Positions 50,701 to 64,000 are shown, counted from the stretch's first letter. The stretch: DNA of 64,000 bases from Marsupella aquatica (GCA_973895155.1 OZ316898.1:7303079-7367078), one strand, 5' to 3'. Translations and numbers: made by a program. The notes: generated by a model not told the origin, from the sequence alone.

Positions 50701-52228
50701 GCCCTTCCAGGGTGTACCTGATCGGGCGTTTTCACTCACTCGACGGACTCATTGGCCAACGTCTGGCGGTGCAGCGGATGCCTCGACAGGTGGAGTTTGG
50801 CAAGCCGGACGGACGAGACGGACTCTGATATTGGGCCGTCTGACGAGAGCAGCATCTTGTTTTTTAGGTGCCAATTTTCGCCATTTTCCACCTCCCCCAA
50901 AAGCGAAAACTCGCTAGATTCTTTGTATAACATTCCTCACTTTCAGACCCCATCATGGACCCCATTTGCCAAAATCTAAGTGTTGCTTTGTAATTCTAGG
51001 GATATATATTAGAAAATAATTCAAGAAAAAATGACAAAGAATATTTCTAACATCTCCCCTAAGGGCTCCCTTAGAGAGACTGAGATTTGCCACACACCTG
51101 ACAAATACACTGTAGAGACTAATACACTGGAGAGCAGATGTCGATGCAAGGAAACGATATATGGGGGGATTGGGCTATGGCAGATGAGAATGAGAATAAT
51201 GTGCCTGAAATTGCTTGACACATCGCACATGGGAATTAGAGCTCTTTTCACTTTGTTTCAAATGAGACATTATGGCCCACAATGCCTGGGAGTACAACTT
51301 AAGGTCGATCAAAGTTTGGAAGGGGAAAAATGAGAGCCCTAAATTTAAGGTATATAAGACCTTCTGTTCCTCAAAGGTTTTACAGACAATGTTTGGTTCC
51401 CCAAAACTGTTCCTCCATTAACTGTGTCGAATCAGTACACTTCACCAAATGTAATCTGAGCTAACGAATCGAAGACATTTAAATTCAGTTTTTTGATGAT
51501 GTGGAGTTAACAATTGGGCAGGTGTTGTGACCCCCTAGTAGTATATAATGAAAGAAAACAAATCAGAATGCCAGGATTTGGGACCATGTATTTTACTTTC
51601 ATTTTACATTGTGAAATCTCTGTACATTGTGGTCATTGCATAATTGCGTCCCCAAAGTTCCCTCAAATCAAGAGGTGTGTTGTTGAAAATAAGCGACAAA
51701 GCTAGCGAAAGTCTTTATTATTTACACTTTGCCGTCTGACAGAAAGAAGACGTCGACGAAGGACGAGATCAGAGGATCGTACTATGGTGATGAGAATAAG
51801 TAGGGCCTGCTGCCTCGAACTTTTTGTCACATCACACATCACATAGCTACTCTGGATTTGGCATCTCCTAAAGACGAGAGCCTTCACATCACCATCTTTC
51901 CCGACGATCGAGCAATTGTCTCGACATTGGCTTGCTTGATTGCTCGCTAGCTGCTGGAGAGAATCTCGGATTGCTAGCTCCCAGTGATCGTGCCTGCCGA
52001 GAATCTAGCGGGACACGTAAAGTTGGCTTTTGCCCAACATTCTCCAGATTCGAGGGTCGATTGCTCTTCGCATAGTCGGCTGCACTGCACTGTACTGCAC
52101 TGCCTGCCTTCCGAATCGATTATTCCACCTCTCTTACTCATTAGCTGTACACCAACTTTTACCACGGTAGCTGCACTCATGCCCCTTCTGTCCGTTCCTT
52201 TCAATTGCGGACAGAATTGAACCAATTG

Positions 52229-52745
52229 TTACTTCGTTACACGTTCATTTGCCCTTCTAGTTCGTTCATTTGCCCTTCTAGTTGGGTTGACTGGCGGTTG
52301 CTCCTGTTCTTCAAAGTCTGCTTTACATCGATCAATTCGGCTAGCTTCTTCGTCAGTAGCTGGCTTCTTCGAGTCCGCCGCTGTGTACACAGCTTCCAGT
52401 TTCACTAGCTCAACAGTCGGAGACGATATATTTATCGACAATGTCGTGCGGAACCGGATGTGGATGCTGCCCCAAGTGTGGGTGCCACGTGCGGTGCACG
52501 TAAGTAGTCATGATGAATCCCGAAATAATATCTTTGAGGTGCTGTAGTTTTCTTTGGTTTGGGATTGGTTCATACATGACATACTTACACCCTAGGTAAC
52601 CTTTATCCTCCGAGCGACCACACATTAGATAACTCTTCCTAAATTGCTCAAGATTTTGAAAGTCAACCAGTTTTGCATTCCTGTTCAAATGGGTTCATTC
52701 TCGTGCGGTTGGATGCTCTCCGGTAGCCAGTAGCCATTACGTTCT
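52229..52745 (-). pseudogene. Decayed GRF-type zinc-finger coding relic, probably transposon-associated
   Basis: EPI[frameshift]NRNAKLV…SYLMCGRSEDKGYLGCKYVMYE resembles PxCxCxxxAxL…FYxC-x(n)-CxFFxW. The first Cys pair appears to be deleted. Confidence 0.4.
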
Positions 52746-53886
52746 CTAGTTACTTATGCACTCGTTAGCATGCATACTGTCCTAGCGAGAAGTTTGCCAT
52801 TCATACTTCGAATGTCATGATCATCTGTACAAGGTCGAGTGAATGCCGTATCAAACTTTGAATTCTGCCGAGAATTGCATGTCTGTCTGTTCCTCTTCTG
52901 ATCTGTACCAGCTAGAGTGATAGAATGTCATAGAATTTCGCAAAGGTTTGCGATCGATGATTCGCTTTGGGATCGAGGATGCGCTTTAGAATCTATCGAG
53001 ACATTGCTGATAAGTCTCTAAGAAGTCACCCGGGCGGCTACCTCATGGAAGGATTTATATCAGATATAGCGCTTTTGGGGCTAGGCTCCAAATGTGCACT
53101 TTTCTTTCAGTTCGGGTTCAGGGTTTCTATGCCAATGGCTGCATTGCCTGTAGTCAGAACCTTGCATGTCCATTGTTCCTCACTGGGTTTAGGGTTTAAG
53201 TCTTTAAGCTCAGGTTTTGAGTTTAATGCTCTATTGTCGACGGAACCTATTTATCTCGTTAACATATTGACTTGCTTGCTTGATACCGAACTCAACCCAT
53301 GTGCCTTGGGCTGACGAATACGCGTAGAATAACATTTCTGACCCGCAGGTGTAACAAGAGGTATGCTGATGTCCCTTCAACAGTGGGCGGGCATCTTGCC
53401 CTTCACATCAGGTACACACAGGAGCATCTCCACTCTCTACATTTCATGCTCGAATTCTTAATGCAAATACTCAGAAACGGTGTGATGGAAGGCATATGTC
53501 CCGAATGGAAGATGTTCCAGTCAGTCGCCTAATTCACGCAGTTCACCCAAAGTTTATTGGAAAGGAGTCTTTGGATTCTGAAATAATGCTCATTCTCCGG
53601 TGGCAGTGGGAAAGGTGAGTAATGAAAAATTGTCCACCTCTCTTGCAGACTGGTTACTCAGTTCCTCGAGCAGCTCAAATTTTTCTCGTGATAAGGAGGT
53701 AAATAATGAATTTGCGCTGTCTTTTATCCCAGTATCATGATTTTCTTTGCATTCGAATACTATATAACTCTAGCAACTTGAATGTTAGGTATATGCGAGA
53801 ATTCACTTGAAGAGATGATATTAGGGTGCCTTCATATTAAACATGCGTCTCTCACAATGGAGCCTGTCGCAGTCTTTTCAAATCTC

Positions 53887-54056
53887 TGACTTGTCGCACT
53901 TGTAATGTGGTATCTCACTGTGCACCAAGTCAATGTCTCTTAATGACGTATGTATACTGGTGTTTCCCTCTATGTGACTTGTCGCACTTGTAATGTGGTA
54001 TCTCACCGCACCAAGTCAATGTCTCTTAATGACGTATGTATACTGGTGTTTCCCTC
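53887..54056. repeat. ~88-bp tandem duplication
   Basis: TGACTTGTCGCACTTGTAATGTGGTATCTCAC…GGTGTTTCCCTC x2. Confidence 0.9.
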
Positions 54057-55728
54057 ATGTTACTAGGCAAATCAGCATGGCAAAGGATGATCAAGAGCAA
54101 CTGGTCTATCAATTTTGTATCGAGTTTTGTATCCGTAGAGGGTGGGGCATGACATATTAATGCAGGACCCTTTTCCAGTGAGTGGCTCGACGCCCATGAA
54201 AATAAGTTCTGTGACCGAATACCAAGTCTTACGTGGTCTACAATTCTCAAACTTGAAAGGGACTCGGCTTTTGTTACTTCTGACTCGCGGAAACCTGAGA
54301 GGAAACATCGTTCTCGGGGTGATTTCTAAATTTTGGAGGAAGTAGCTGGGCCGTTATTCGTTGATAATGACTCGTTAGTTGTTAAGTAGGCTGGTAGATG
54401 GACTTGGACGCAAGGAGCTGCCGATGCGGAGAGTGCTGCCGATCTCACTGGACAAGTACCTCTCGACCACGAGATCATACTGATTTCCGTGCAGCCCTTA
54501 ATTCGATCCTTCAAATCTGCAGTAAAGCTACCTCCAATTCATGACGCCATCAAAGGCAGCTGGAGCATCGCCGCAGCGAGAGGGTAGTTCAAGTTTTTGT
54601 GAGGAGAGACTGTGCTAGGCAGACGTTACGTTCTCAAAATGTAGTACATGGATTCCCACCATTCATCGTCGAAATTTACTCTCGCTATTATGAAACGCGA
54701 AACACAATTTTGCTGTACGTATGGTAATGTGTGGTTCTCAGCGAGAAGTTGTTACTTTCCTTATGGTGATGTGTGGTTCTCAGCGAGAAGTTGTTACTTT
54801 CCTTATAATGCTGGTATAACTGTGGTTGAACAATCGAACGCAAAGAGAGATCATCCGATTCCTTAAATGTGAACTAAATGATGGCCGAGTTTTCATTTAT
54901 ATGATCTGTAATGTCGAACTGATACATTGTCTATCGTTCATTTTCGCACCGTATTTCTGCACCAGCGAATTAGAGGATGTCGATCAACGCTTAGCTACAT
55001 GAATGGCCGTGACCGCAAAAGTAATGAAGGAATATGTTCACAGATGCAAAAGGACTTGAACTATAACCTACGTCCGTAATAAGAAACACTCTTTGAAACA
55101 CCGCTCTCTAGTTTCAAGGAGTTTCAAGTCCAGAAGTTGACATTAAGTCAAGAGTTGCCCACAAAAGAAAATGATTTTTTACTCAGCAGCACTTTCTTCG
55201 TACCCACAAGGAGCTGCAACTACTGCCAGAAGGACGGGACTAGAAGCCTCACGACACTGAGCACAATTACCAAGCAATGGTTCGGCCCACTGATTTCACG
55301 TGAAACTTAAGTCGACTTCGGAAACCCAAGACGACGTACTCAGCCAGTGCTTCGCGATGACCCCGAAACTCTTTTCTGGCTGCGTGTCGCATGGATTGCA
55401 TTGCAGAACTTAGATACTAACACTAGTACGTCTACGGATAACCAGCCAGCTGATTGATCTATCGATGCCCCACCAATGTTTCTTACGTACATCACGCTTT
55501 ATTTCACTGACCTTGACTGTGTGAGGTGCTGCGGCTGTTGAGTCGTTGTCTGTGTTGGTGACTGTAGCATGGGAATTACAAACCTTTTTTTCTTTTCATA
55601 ATTTCTGGAAAGCCCTCAAATGGCTAAAGTAAAGCCTAGATGGACAGAGGGATTTGCTCTAAAGCCCATGGATTTCCAAAACTGGGATGAATTGACTCAG
55701 AATATCAAAATCTGCTCAAATAACACTC

Positions 55729-56689
55729 GAGATATATGCTTGATGGGTCCCGGTGAACCTTTCTTACCTGATGGGTCCCTAGGTAACATTTTTTATCAAA
55801 TAGGACCCCTCTTAATGACCAGTACACCGGTTCTTGTGTGGTGCCTACACCTGTCCTTGTGTGATGTCTACTATGGATGGTGACTCCAAGCGAACTGCAC
55901 AGTTGAACCGTGCGGTCAACTTTACATGGTCGACCGAGAAACCATAGAGATTATTCGGGAGAAACCGCAAAAAGCGACTGCCGCTGTCGAAACTGCGATT
56001 TGAAGACAATATGCATTATGTCTTCGAATTCACTGGGTTAATGCCTGAAGACACAATGGATTATGTCTTCGGGTTCAAATTTTTACCGTATCGTGGGGTA
56101 GTTATTAGGTATGTTTTTCACGTTGCACACATGGGTTTTTCACGATGTTTTCATGCACGACTGTCAGCATCAGTGTGGGGTACCTCCAAATGTCCACAAG
56201 GAATATTCAAGTTCAATGTTCGGAATTTGCCTACTGCCGCCACAACAAAAATTGGCAAATGATTGATAAAATCATAATACTCCCCTATGCAATGCATACA
56301 AACAATTTCAAAAGAAGACAGACCCAAAGGTGTCGGGGTACACCATAAACCCTAAACCTTGAAACACGGGAAGACATAATCCATTGAGTCTTCAGGCATT
56401 AACCCATTGAATCCGAAGACATAATGCATATTGTCTTCAAATCATAGGTTCGACAACGATAGTCGCTTTTCGCGGTTTCTCTCAAATCATCTCTGTGGTT
56501 TCTCGGTCGACCATGCAAGGTTGACCGCACGATTCAACTGTGCAATTTGCTTGGAGTCACCATACATAGTAGGCACCACACAAGAACAGGTGTACTGGTC
56601 ATTAAGAGGGGTCCTACTTGGTAAAAAAAGTTATCTAGGGGCCCATCAGGTAAGAAAGGTTCACCAAGGGCCCATCAAGCATATATCTC
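55729..56689. mobile_element. Non-autonomous Mutator-like (MULE) foldback element, 961 bp, ~320-340-bp TIRs
   Basis: GAGATATATGCTTGATGGG… / …CCCATCAAGCATATATCTC long inverted repeats; exact 10-bp TSD AATAACACTC at 55719-55728 and 56690-56699. Confidence 0.92.
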
Positions 56690-58014
56690 AATAACACTCT
56701 TGATAATTTTGATTCACATGTGATCTGTAAGTTGGGGCTCATGCAAAACTACTCAGGGTGTCCATCATCAAAGTGAAGAGTCATCTACCAAAGTGTTAAG
56801 TTGGTGCTCGTGTCCAAGTAATGAGGGTGTTCTTCACAACAGTGAAACATCCGTTGATGGTTAGTTTATAATATTTGATTATTTTTGCACTCATCTGTGA
56901 TGGACCAAATGGTTTCAGAAAAAAGTTGTAACTCTGTGAGATAATAGATTGGACATGAGAGAACATGCTCGAAATTTTGAGATACAACAAAGTTCTAAAA
57001 GTTGTTTAAAGTAATGTACAAGTTAGTTAAAAACTAACATTTCACAGTTAGTTGGGACACCTTGAAAACCTACTCAAGGCTTCCTTCTCAAAAGTGAAGA
57101 GTCATTCTTAAGATAGCCTGAGAATGTGAATTTGGGTGTAAAGCTAAGTAGTTTCTGTTGCAGTCCATGGGGATGGGCAAAACAAACCTCTCAGTCCATC
57201 TGGGCTTAAGTCTCCTCAAAGGGCATAGAGAAACAAAGAGACAAACTCAAATGAGCAGTCAGAAAAGGGAGCTCCTTTGGAAAGATCACCCAAAAAGGTC
57301 ATACGCTCAATAGGCAATGGAGGAGCTTCTAAGCCAGATCAGCGGCAATATTACAGCCAGACTGACCCATAAGCCAGCAACTGCACTACTCAGCAAATGG
57401 AACTTTTTTTTGCCTGGGAAAAACCAAATGAATTACATTAAAAAAGCCAGCATACAACAGGGGGTGACCCACACATTAGAAAATGGCTTAAAGACTCAGG
57501 GTTTCCTTCATAAAAGTGAAAAGTGAATCTTCAAGCCATTTTCTAACAAAGAAATCCCTAATCTATTCACCAATGCTGTACAGTTATCAAGCAGTGAGCT
57601 AATGCAAAGAGTCCGCTGATGCAGAGGAAGGTACAGACTAAAAGTACAAAACAGAATAGCATACCTAGGAGAAGAAAGTCTCTAACAAAACGATTTCAGT
57701 CTTCTAGAATGATTCAAGCAGTCTCACCCCACTGCCTATGATTTGAATCTGTTTGGGCTCTAATATAGCCCATGCACCAGCTAGATGTATGTGTTTTAGT
57801 GATGATCCAGTTGCAGTCGCTTACCTGTTTATATAGAGAGACAGTGGCCCTAGAGCTATCATATCAAGGAGATGTGTTTTTTTTTGTTAGAGTGTTTGGC
57901 TGGGAGCCATCAGGTGTGAGTTTTGAAACTCACTGAGGACAATCATGAGCTGAAATTTTGGGGCTTGAAATGCAAGTAAATGCGTAAGAGCTCTGCATGG
58001 AAAAACAATTATTT

Positions 58015-58725
58015 AATCCTTGTGAGGGTGCAATATCTTGGCTGGAACCCAGGTTCCTGCAAATGTTTTCATGTGTTGAGGGCAAGCCAAATTCTCCCAA
58101 GGACCTGATATAAAATGAAGATCCAAAGTGAACTCAGTGGACGGCATGACAGGCGCAACTAAATTAATGTCAGGTCACTAACTTCCCATGATCAGTCCAT
58201 TCAACTATGCATGAGCTTCTTGAATTAATTGAGATGTGTTCTGATCAGGGTTACTTGTCTTCCCTTAGGTGTATTAGTTCCTATAATGCTGTTGCTTTCT
58301 GCAACCTGGCCTGCAAGTGTATGGTGCCTTGTGGAGGGACGGCATAATTATCGAAGCACGGAATATATGGATTGGGTGTAATGCCGAAGCATGAGTCCAA
58401 TTCTCCACAAGGAAGGCTGCCCAATGGATTTTAATTTGTTGGGTGTGGTATTGACAGTAGTTGTAGTAATTTCTCTCGATTTTCAGAAGTAAATGATGGC
58501 CTTAAGGATCTGTGGTCCCATGGGATGTCTGGCAGAGCAGTGGATGAGTTCACTACCAAGTTAAGTGCAATATCCCCTCTAATGATGTCTCATTATGAGA
58601 TTTCAATAGAACTTTGTGGAGGACTTTGATATGTTATCCTAGGATAAGTTTGTTGCCTGAGTCATCAATATATCATTGTTATGTGCAAAGCCCCAGTAGC
58701 TTTTCACACAATGCCAAAAGTATAG
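58015..58725 (-). pseudogene. Possible decayed coding relic of unknown family
   Basis: A single minus-strand frame of ~230 codons reads protein-like (…KIERNYYNYCQYHTQQIKIHWAAFLVENWTHASALHPIHIFRAS…) but contains many stops. Confidence 0.25.
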
Positions 58726-59950
58726 GGCAATATGCACCTTGACTAGACTTTTGTCCCTGCCTGTTCAATGGCACATGAATTTAACTCAAAATGTGATGGC
58801 AAGAATTTATTTGTGGTGTGGCAATGTGTTTTTTTATAGCAAAATAAGTTTAAAATTTAAAAGTTTGGATGATTATAATAAACCAAAGGGGGTTTTACAT
58901 GGGATGGGTTTTTTTTTAATCTAACAAGATGAATTTCAATGTTCCCAACAAATATGATCAGGGGTGCTAGGGGTGCTTTGGTCACATGTATACTTCATTA
59001 CTTTAAACTTGCTGAGGGCCCAGGGACTGAGAAGGGCATGCTCACCAACGCCCCTGCCAGGAGCATTGCAGACAAGGACATATTTGCTGGACCATCCAAT
59101 ACATTCACTAGCTCAGTCAAGGCACCTCCGGCAAAGCACCAGCTTCCACTACAGTAGCTGAGACGTACCCTAAACTTAATATACATAGTAACATATTAGT
59201 TTAGCCATACTGTAGCAGAGTTCGGTCATATATATGGCCGCACCCAATCTTTGTACTTGCGTATCAAACACTATAATAAGAAGTTCTGCCACTTTTTGAA
59301 GTTTTAGAATTGTTTTTCTGCGCCACAGAAAATCCCACAGCAAAACTAGAAGAGAAAATTAAAAACAAGCCCAAACAAAAAGTTGGGGGAAAATCTTCTT
59401 CATCCTCCACTTGATACTCTTCAATGTATTTGCAAGTACAGTCCCTCCCCTTGATATACTCATTGTGCTCTTGTCCAACCCTTGGCACTGTATTCTTTGC
59501 ATTCCCCTTGTATTCCCCTCTACCCCAATGTACTCCCCATGTGACATGCAATGCAAGGAGAGTGTCCTTGCCCCTCCCCTTGACACTCCCATGAAATGAG
59601 TACATTCAATGAAAACTAACATATTTGGCAAATGGACTGTGTATTTGAATGAAAACGAACATATTTGGCAAAATTGACTGTGTATTTGAATGAAAGAGCA
59701 ACTGGTTAGGGGCCAAACTACTCTAGGCCGGGGTGGCAGGGTTAAGGGATGCATATACGAGGGGACCATCACATATGATAGCATCTTTTACATTATGTCA
59801 TCTGTGCAATGTCATTTTTTTACGCATTGACATCTTTTGCACAATGACGTCTTTTCCTTGATGCGCGCCATCTTTGTGTAATGTCTTTTATTTAATGACA
59901 TCTTTTGCGTAATTATATCTTTTACTAAACAATATTTTTTTAGTAAGAGT

Positions 59951-60188
59951 ATCTTTGACATAAGACCATGTTTTGGGCAACAACATCTTTTACCCAACTA
60001 CATCTTTTGTGCAATGCATGGGGATTGAGCATCTTTGACGTAAGACCATGTTTTGGGCAACAACATCTTTTACCCAACTACATCTTTTGTGCAATGCATG
60101 GGGATTGAGCATCTTTGACGTAAGACCATGTTTTGGGCAACAACATCTTTTAACCAACTACATCTTTTGTGCAATGCATGGGGATTGA
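59951..60188. repeat. 80-bp tandem repeat, 3 copies
   Basis: ATCTTTGAC.TAAGACCATG…GCATGGGGATTGA at 59951, 60031 and 60111, preceded by degenerate ~21-bp CATCTTT subrepeats. Confidence 0.93.
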
Positions 60189-61039
60189 ACTTGTATGTAT
60201 ATAGTAGAACGTGCTTCAACATTTGACTTTTTGGTATTAAAGTGTATGTTAAACGGGGTCCATGAACTAATTTTCCTTACAGAACCTAAATCTTTCTTGG
60301 GAGGTTATGGGGAGGCTGAAAATCCCTTGAAATACATCTATGAGTGCGCTTCATTGAAGTATAACTATATAATATTGTGCTTTGTGAAGAAAGAAGCTCC
60401 CATGGACTGCCAAGTTGTTCATGATGCTCCCATGGAACAATCATGTGTAAACATTGAACATGCTCACATAGTGCACTTTACAGTTGTGTCCAAACGATGA
60501 CCTGTAATTTGAGTATCACTGGGCAACCCACTCTTGTATACGCTATTCTTATGTTATAGCCAGTTTTGCATCCATGCTGATTGCATGTTGTCCATGAATT
60601 TAAGAGGTATTTGCTTTGATTAACCCCCAAAATGAAACTTGTTACTTGATAGACCCCGGGAGGTCTATCAACGGTCCAGATCTGATATCAAAAGGTCCAT
60701 CAATGGTCCAGATTGGAGAAAAGTATCTGAGGGGGTTGATTAAACAAACTTTTTCAAGAAGGGGGTCTACTAAGCATATGTCTCATGAATTTAACCAGCC
60801 AGGCAAGTTATGAACCCGGGTTATGAACATTAGCTTGAATTCTTTTGCCCGATTTCCAATAGACATTCAGGTTTCTTCAAATCTAACACAGGGTCACTTG
60901 AAATCTTTTAACGTAATAAGCTCTTAGTACTATGTCATGATTGTCCAACTGCTGCATTGAGTGAGGGCTCAAATTGATTAGGTGCTTCACCCGGTGGTTG
61001 ACTTCATTTTTTTTAGCATGTCATGCAGCAGCTGACGAT

Positions 61040-61213
61040 GTCCAGGATGCGGAGGGAATCCCTCCCAACCAGCAGGGATTGATCTTCGCTGGGATGCTTG
61101 CTGAATACAATATTCAAAGAGAGTCGACTCTGCATCTGGTGTTGTGGCTCAGAAGTATGCAGATTTTCGTGAAGACCTTGGCAGGGAAGACCATCACTCT
61201 GGAGGTGGAGAGC
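61040..61213 (+). pseudogene. Polyubiquitin-derived fragment spanning a monomer-monomer junction
   Basis: [65 protein letters not shown] is deleted and the C-terminal GG is lost. Confidence 0.9.
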
Positions 61214-61657
61214 CAAGCCAACTCCAGTAAGCAAGGAGGATTAAGTTTTTCATGGCGAGAGCTGAGAAAGGAAAATTTCAGACGATGCTATTCACCTGAC
61301 CCAAACTGGTGGTGTTGAGCAGCACAAGACACCAGACACCATACAGGTACGATACTGCAAGGCGCACGGGGATAGGTGGTGAAAGTAGCAAGATCGCTGG
61401 ACTACATTCAAAGCCCAAAAAGACTGTCTCACCGGGGGAGAGCAGGGGACATCTTGTCAGCAGGATGGAGGATTTATTCTGGATGGGATAAATGGTTTGA
61501 CAGGAAAGAAACGGGTGAGATTGAGAGGTGGGGCGAATCAGGGCTTCTGCAGGAATTTGGTTAAACTTGACTGCTTAGCTTGAGGAGTAATTTTCTTTCG
61601 AAACACAGCTGAGATTGGAAGCCTGTTGAAGGAGGAGGAAGAGCACAATACTAGGAA

Positions 61658-64000
61658 ATGGCTACCGGTAACGCCAACTTTGGGAGCAAGAAATTGGAAC
61701 CTGGCATACTTTGGAAGGTGCATGTTGGGCTAATCCTGGTTCAGGTGGGATATGGGAGCTCCTACGTCATCAGCAAAGTTGCTCTCACTAACGGCGTCAA
61801 CCCCATTGTTTTTGCGGTCTATCGGGATATCATCTGTCTAATTGTCCTGATCCCTCTGGCAATTTTCGCGGAGAGGTCAGTGCTAACTAGCCGTTTCCCT
61901 TGCATTCTTCAGCTTCTTTATTTTTGTTCAGGGTCCTAAGGAGATCTCCTGGCTGAAAGTGTTTGAAGACGAGAAATCAACGCCTCCGAGAGGTCAACTT
62001 CATTTTCGCTAATTGAATCTGAGTCTTCCCAGATTGGCCCAAAGGTCAGCTTGGTAAACTTGACCTGGATGTCAAAGTCGTCCCATTCTTTGTGCTGAAA
62101 AGCTGGCTTATGTTCCGACATTCTCCGAACTCCCATTGTACGAACAAGTAGTTCGTTAGGTCTATTTCCTTACAAATGGTCATCCCATTCGGAAAACGCG
62201 TCTTTTTGGTTTCAAGGTTTCTCCAAAGACTTGGTGTAGAGGTCGAAACAAAACATGATCGTTATGCTCATTGCGTGCAGGACCGGATGCAAGCCAATAG
62301 CCAGATGTAACTTAACTTGACACTGAATTAATTGGGATTCCTATTATTTGAGATAACCTAAATAGGGAACAGTTCCTCAAAGATTAGATTGCGCCAGATC
62401 GCGTGCTAATGATATGTGTTACCCAAGGAATTATGTCCTATGTTGGACTTCATAATTGATCGTATTCGTGGAACAAGGAGAGAAACGGTCTCTTCTATTG
62501 TACACATTTGTTGTAGGTGAGTTATAACGAAAGGGATTTTTCTTATTTGTAGATTGATTGTCACAAACTGAATCAGAGAAAACCTCAACATACAAAGAGT
62601 CTCTGAACATCTGGAGTCAATATGCCTTCCTCGTTATTACGAACAGTTCTTTATGCAATATATCGGGAAAATCTCCTCGCAGTACATACTAGAATCGTTA
62701 ATGGTTGCACAGTTGACTTTCCAAGATGATAGTTGAATTTTTCAACTTTTTGGTCCTGGACCTCTCTTGAATTCATGTAAAGTCTGATGTTGTCTACATG
62801 CTAAAAAATTACCTCACGTATGCCGATTGAGGCTTGCTCTTCAATATGTTTACAGAGGAATTTCTTACTCTGGTTGTGGCCACTGACTTGCAGAGGGAAA
62901 CGTCCTTCTTTGACCCCTGAGATCTTTATGTTCCTTGTTGCCCTTGGATTCTTTGGGTGAGCATTTGTCTTAAAGCCCATAACTTGTCTTGTACTGAATC
63001 AGAGCAGAATCCTCGAGTAGTGCAGCTAAGATTTATTCTGAGATTGAAATTGGATTTTTCGATTGCTAGATCTAGCGTCCATCTTGGGCATACATTATTT
63101 GTTGTTTGTGTATAAGCTGTTAAATGAAAATTAGTGGGAAGGTGTTTCATTCCAAAATTATCAGGCTCGTATGTTGGGTTAGATATCATTTTAACTTCAT
63201 TTTCTTCCTCAGAGCTTTCATTACACAGATGCTATCACTGTATGGGTTAATGCTGACCTCTGCAGCTTATGCTTCCACAATATCAGTTCTCACTCCACTC
63301 TTTACCTTCATCATCTCGACGTCATGTGGGTGAGTTAGTCTTTTTCCTCTATACAGCTCTAGCTTTTGATTATATACCCGAGCGTTTGTGTGCCATAACA
63401 GTCCCTGGTGGACAAATGCGGCAATATCCTCTGATTTTAATTGACGGTTTATCATGTTTCCTTTACTTGAATATAACCAAAGACAGATCCAGAAGGGCTT
63501 ACGATCTGATATTTCTCTCAGGTTTGAGCAAATTCGATGGAAAAGAGCAGATGGGCTAGCTAAATTAGGGGGCCTAATTAGTGCAATCTTTGGGGCGGTG
63601 GTATTGGCCATCTATCTTGGCCCTGTTGTTATAGGACATCTGAACTCTGGTGTACAAGAAATTTCTTTATCAGATTTGGATATAAGAGGACCTGCTGCAG
63701 ACACATCATTGTATTCCAGTATAGGGCCTTGGCATCTTGGGGTTCTGCTACTTTTTATTGCCGGATTCACCCTGAGCCTCTCCATCAGTATTCAGGTACT
63801 TCATGAACCCTAGATTCCTGTTTAGGGCCTTGTTTGACTGTAATTGGTGAGAATATGCTGGACTGCTTGCTCCATAGTTGTCCGTGCAAATCATGCAAAA
63901 CTATATTCTAAGCCAACCATGTCTTTGAAATTTTCTGCTCCAGGCTCCACTTATGGCAAGATACCCAGCTCCAATCTCTGCGTCTGCTTGTGGATATCTG
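61658..64000 (+). CDS. WAT1-related / UMAMIT (nodulin MtN21, EamA) transporter, 3'-partial; exons 61658-61875, 62894-62956, 63213-63329, 63522-63795, 63944->64000
   Basis: Motifs ISKVALTNGVNPIVFAVYR, FAER.KRPSLT, LTSAAYAS, AKLGG…GAVVLAIYLGP and IQAPLMARYPAP. Introns are GT-AG and phase-compatible. Confidence 0.92.

Noticed and set aside
59951-60188. Regularly spaced repeats as a CRISPR array (also 45097-45292)
   Set aside because: Units are contiguous with no unique spacers, there are no cas genes, and the context is eukaryotic.

Overview
This is eukaryotic nuclear DNA with GT-AG introns, plant-type genes and many decayed transposons. A non-seed land plant such as a bryophyte is my inference, not a certainty. 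There are two recognisable genes: a 4-exon BAT1/GABP-like amino-acid permease (minus strand, 39980-43217) and the 5' part of a WAT1-related/UMAMIT (EamA) transporter (61658 to the window end). A decayed polyubiquitin fragment lies upstream of the second. Mobile DNA includes a 5'-truncated CRE-like non-LTR retrotransposon with a restriction-like endonuclease, two MITEs with 8-bp TSDs, a MULE-like foldback with a 10-bp TSD, an extremely AT-rich decayed foldback, and SINE-like and Helitron-like ends. The main discovery is absent from the ORF track: three small spliced genes on the + strand (7832-8626, 25696-26039, 29939-30856) encoding 76-, 53- and 119-aa proteins. Together they carry five copies of the motif C-x2-C-[GD]-[DE]-x2-C-x-C-x3-E. 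Every copy is split by a phase-2 intron at the same codon, and in the third gene the motif is multiplied by symmetric, skippable exons. I do not recognise this family. No CRISPR array, rRNA or intact tRNA gene was seen.
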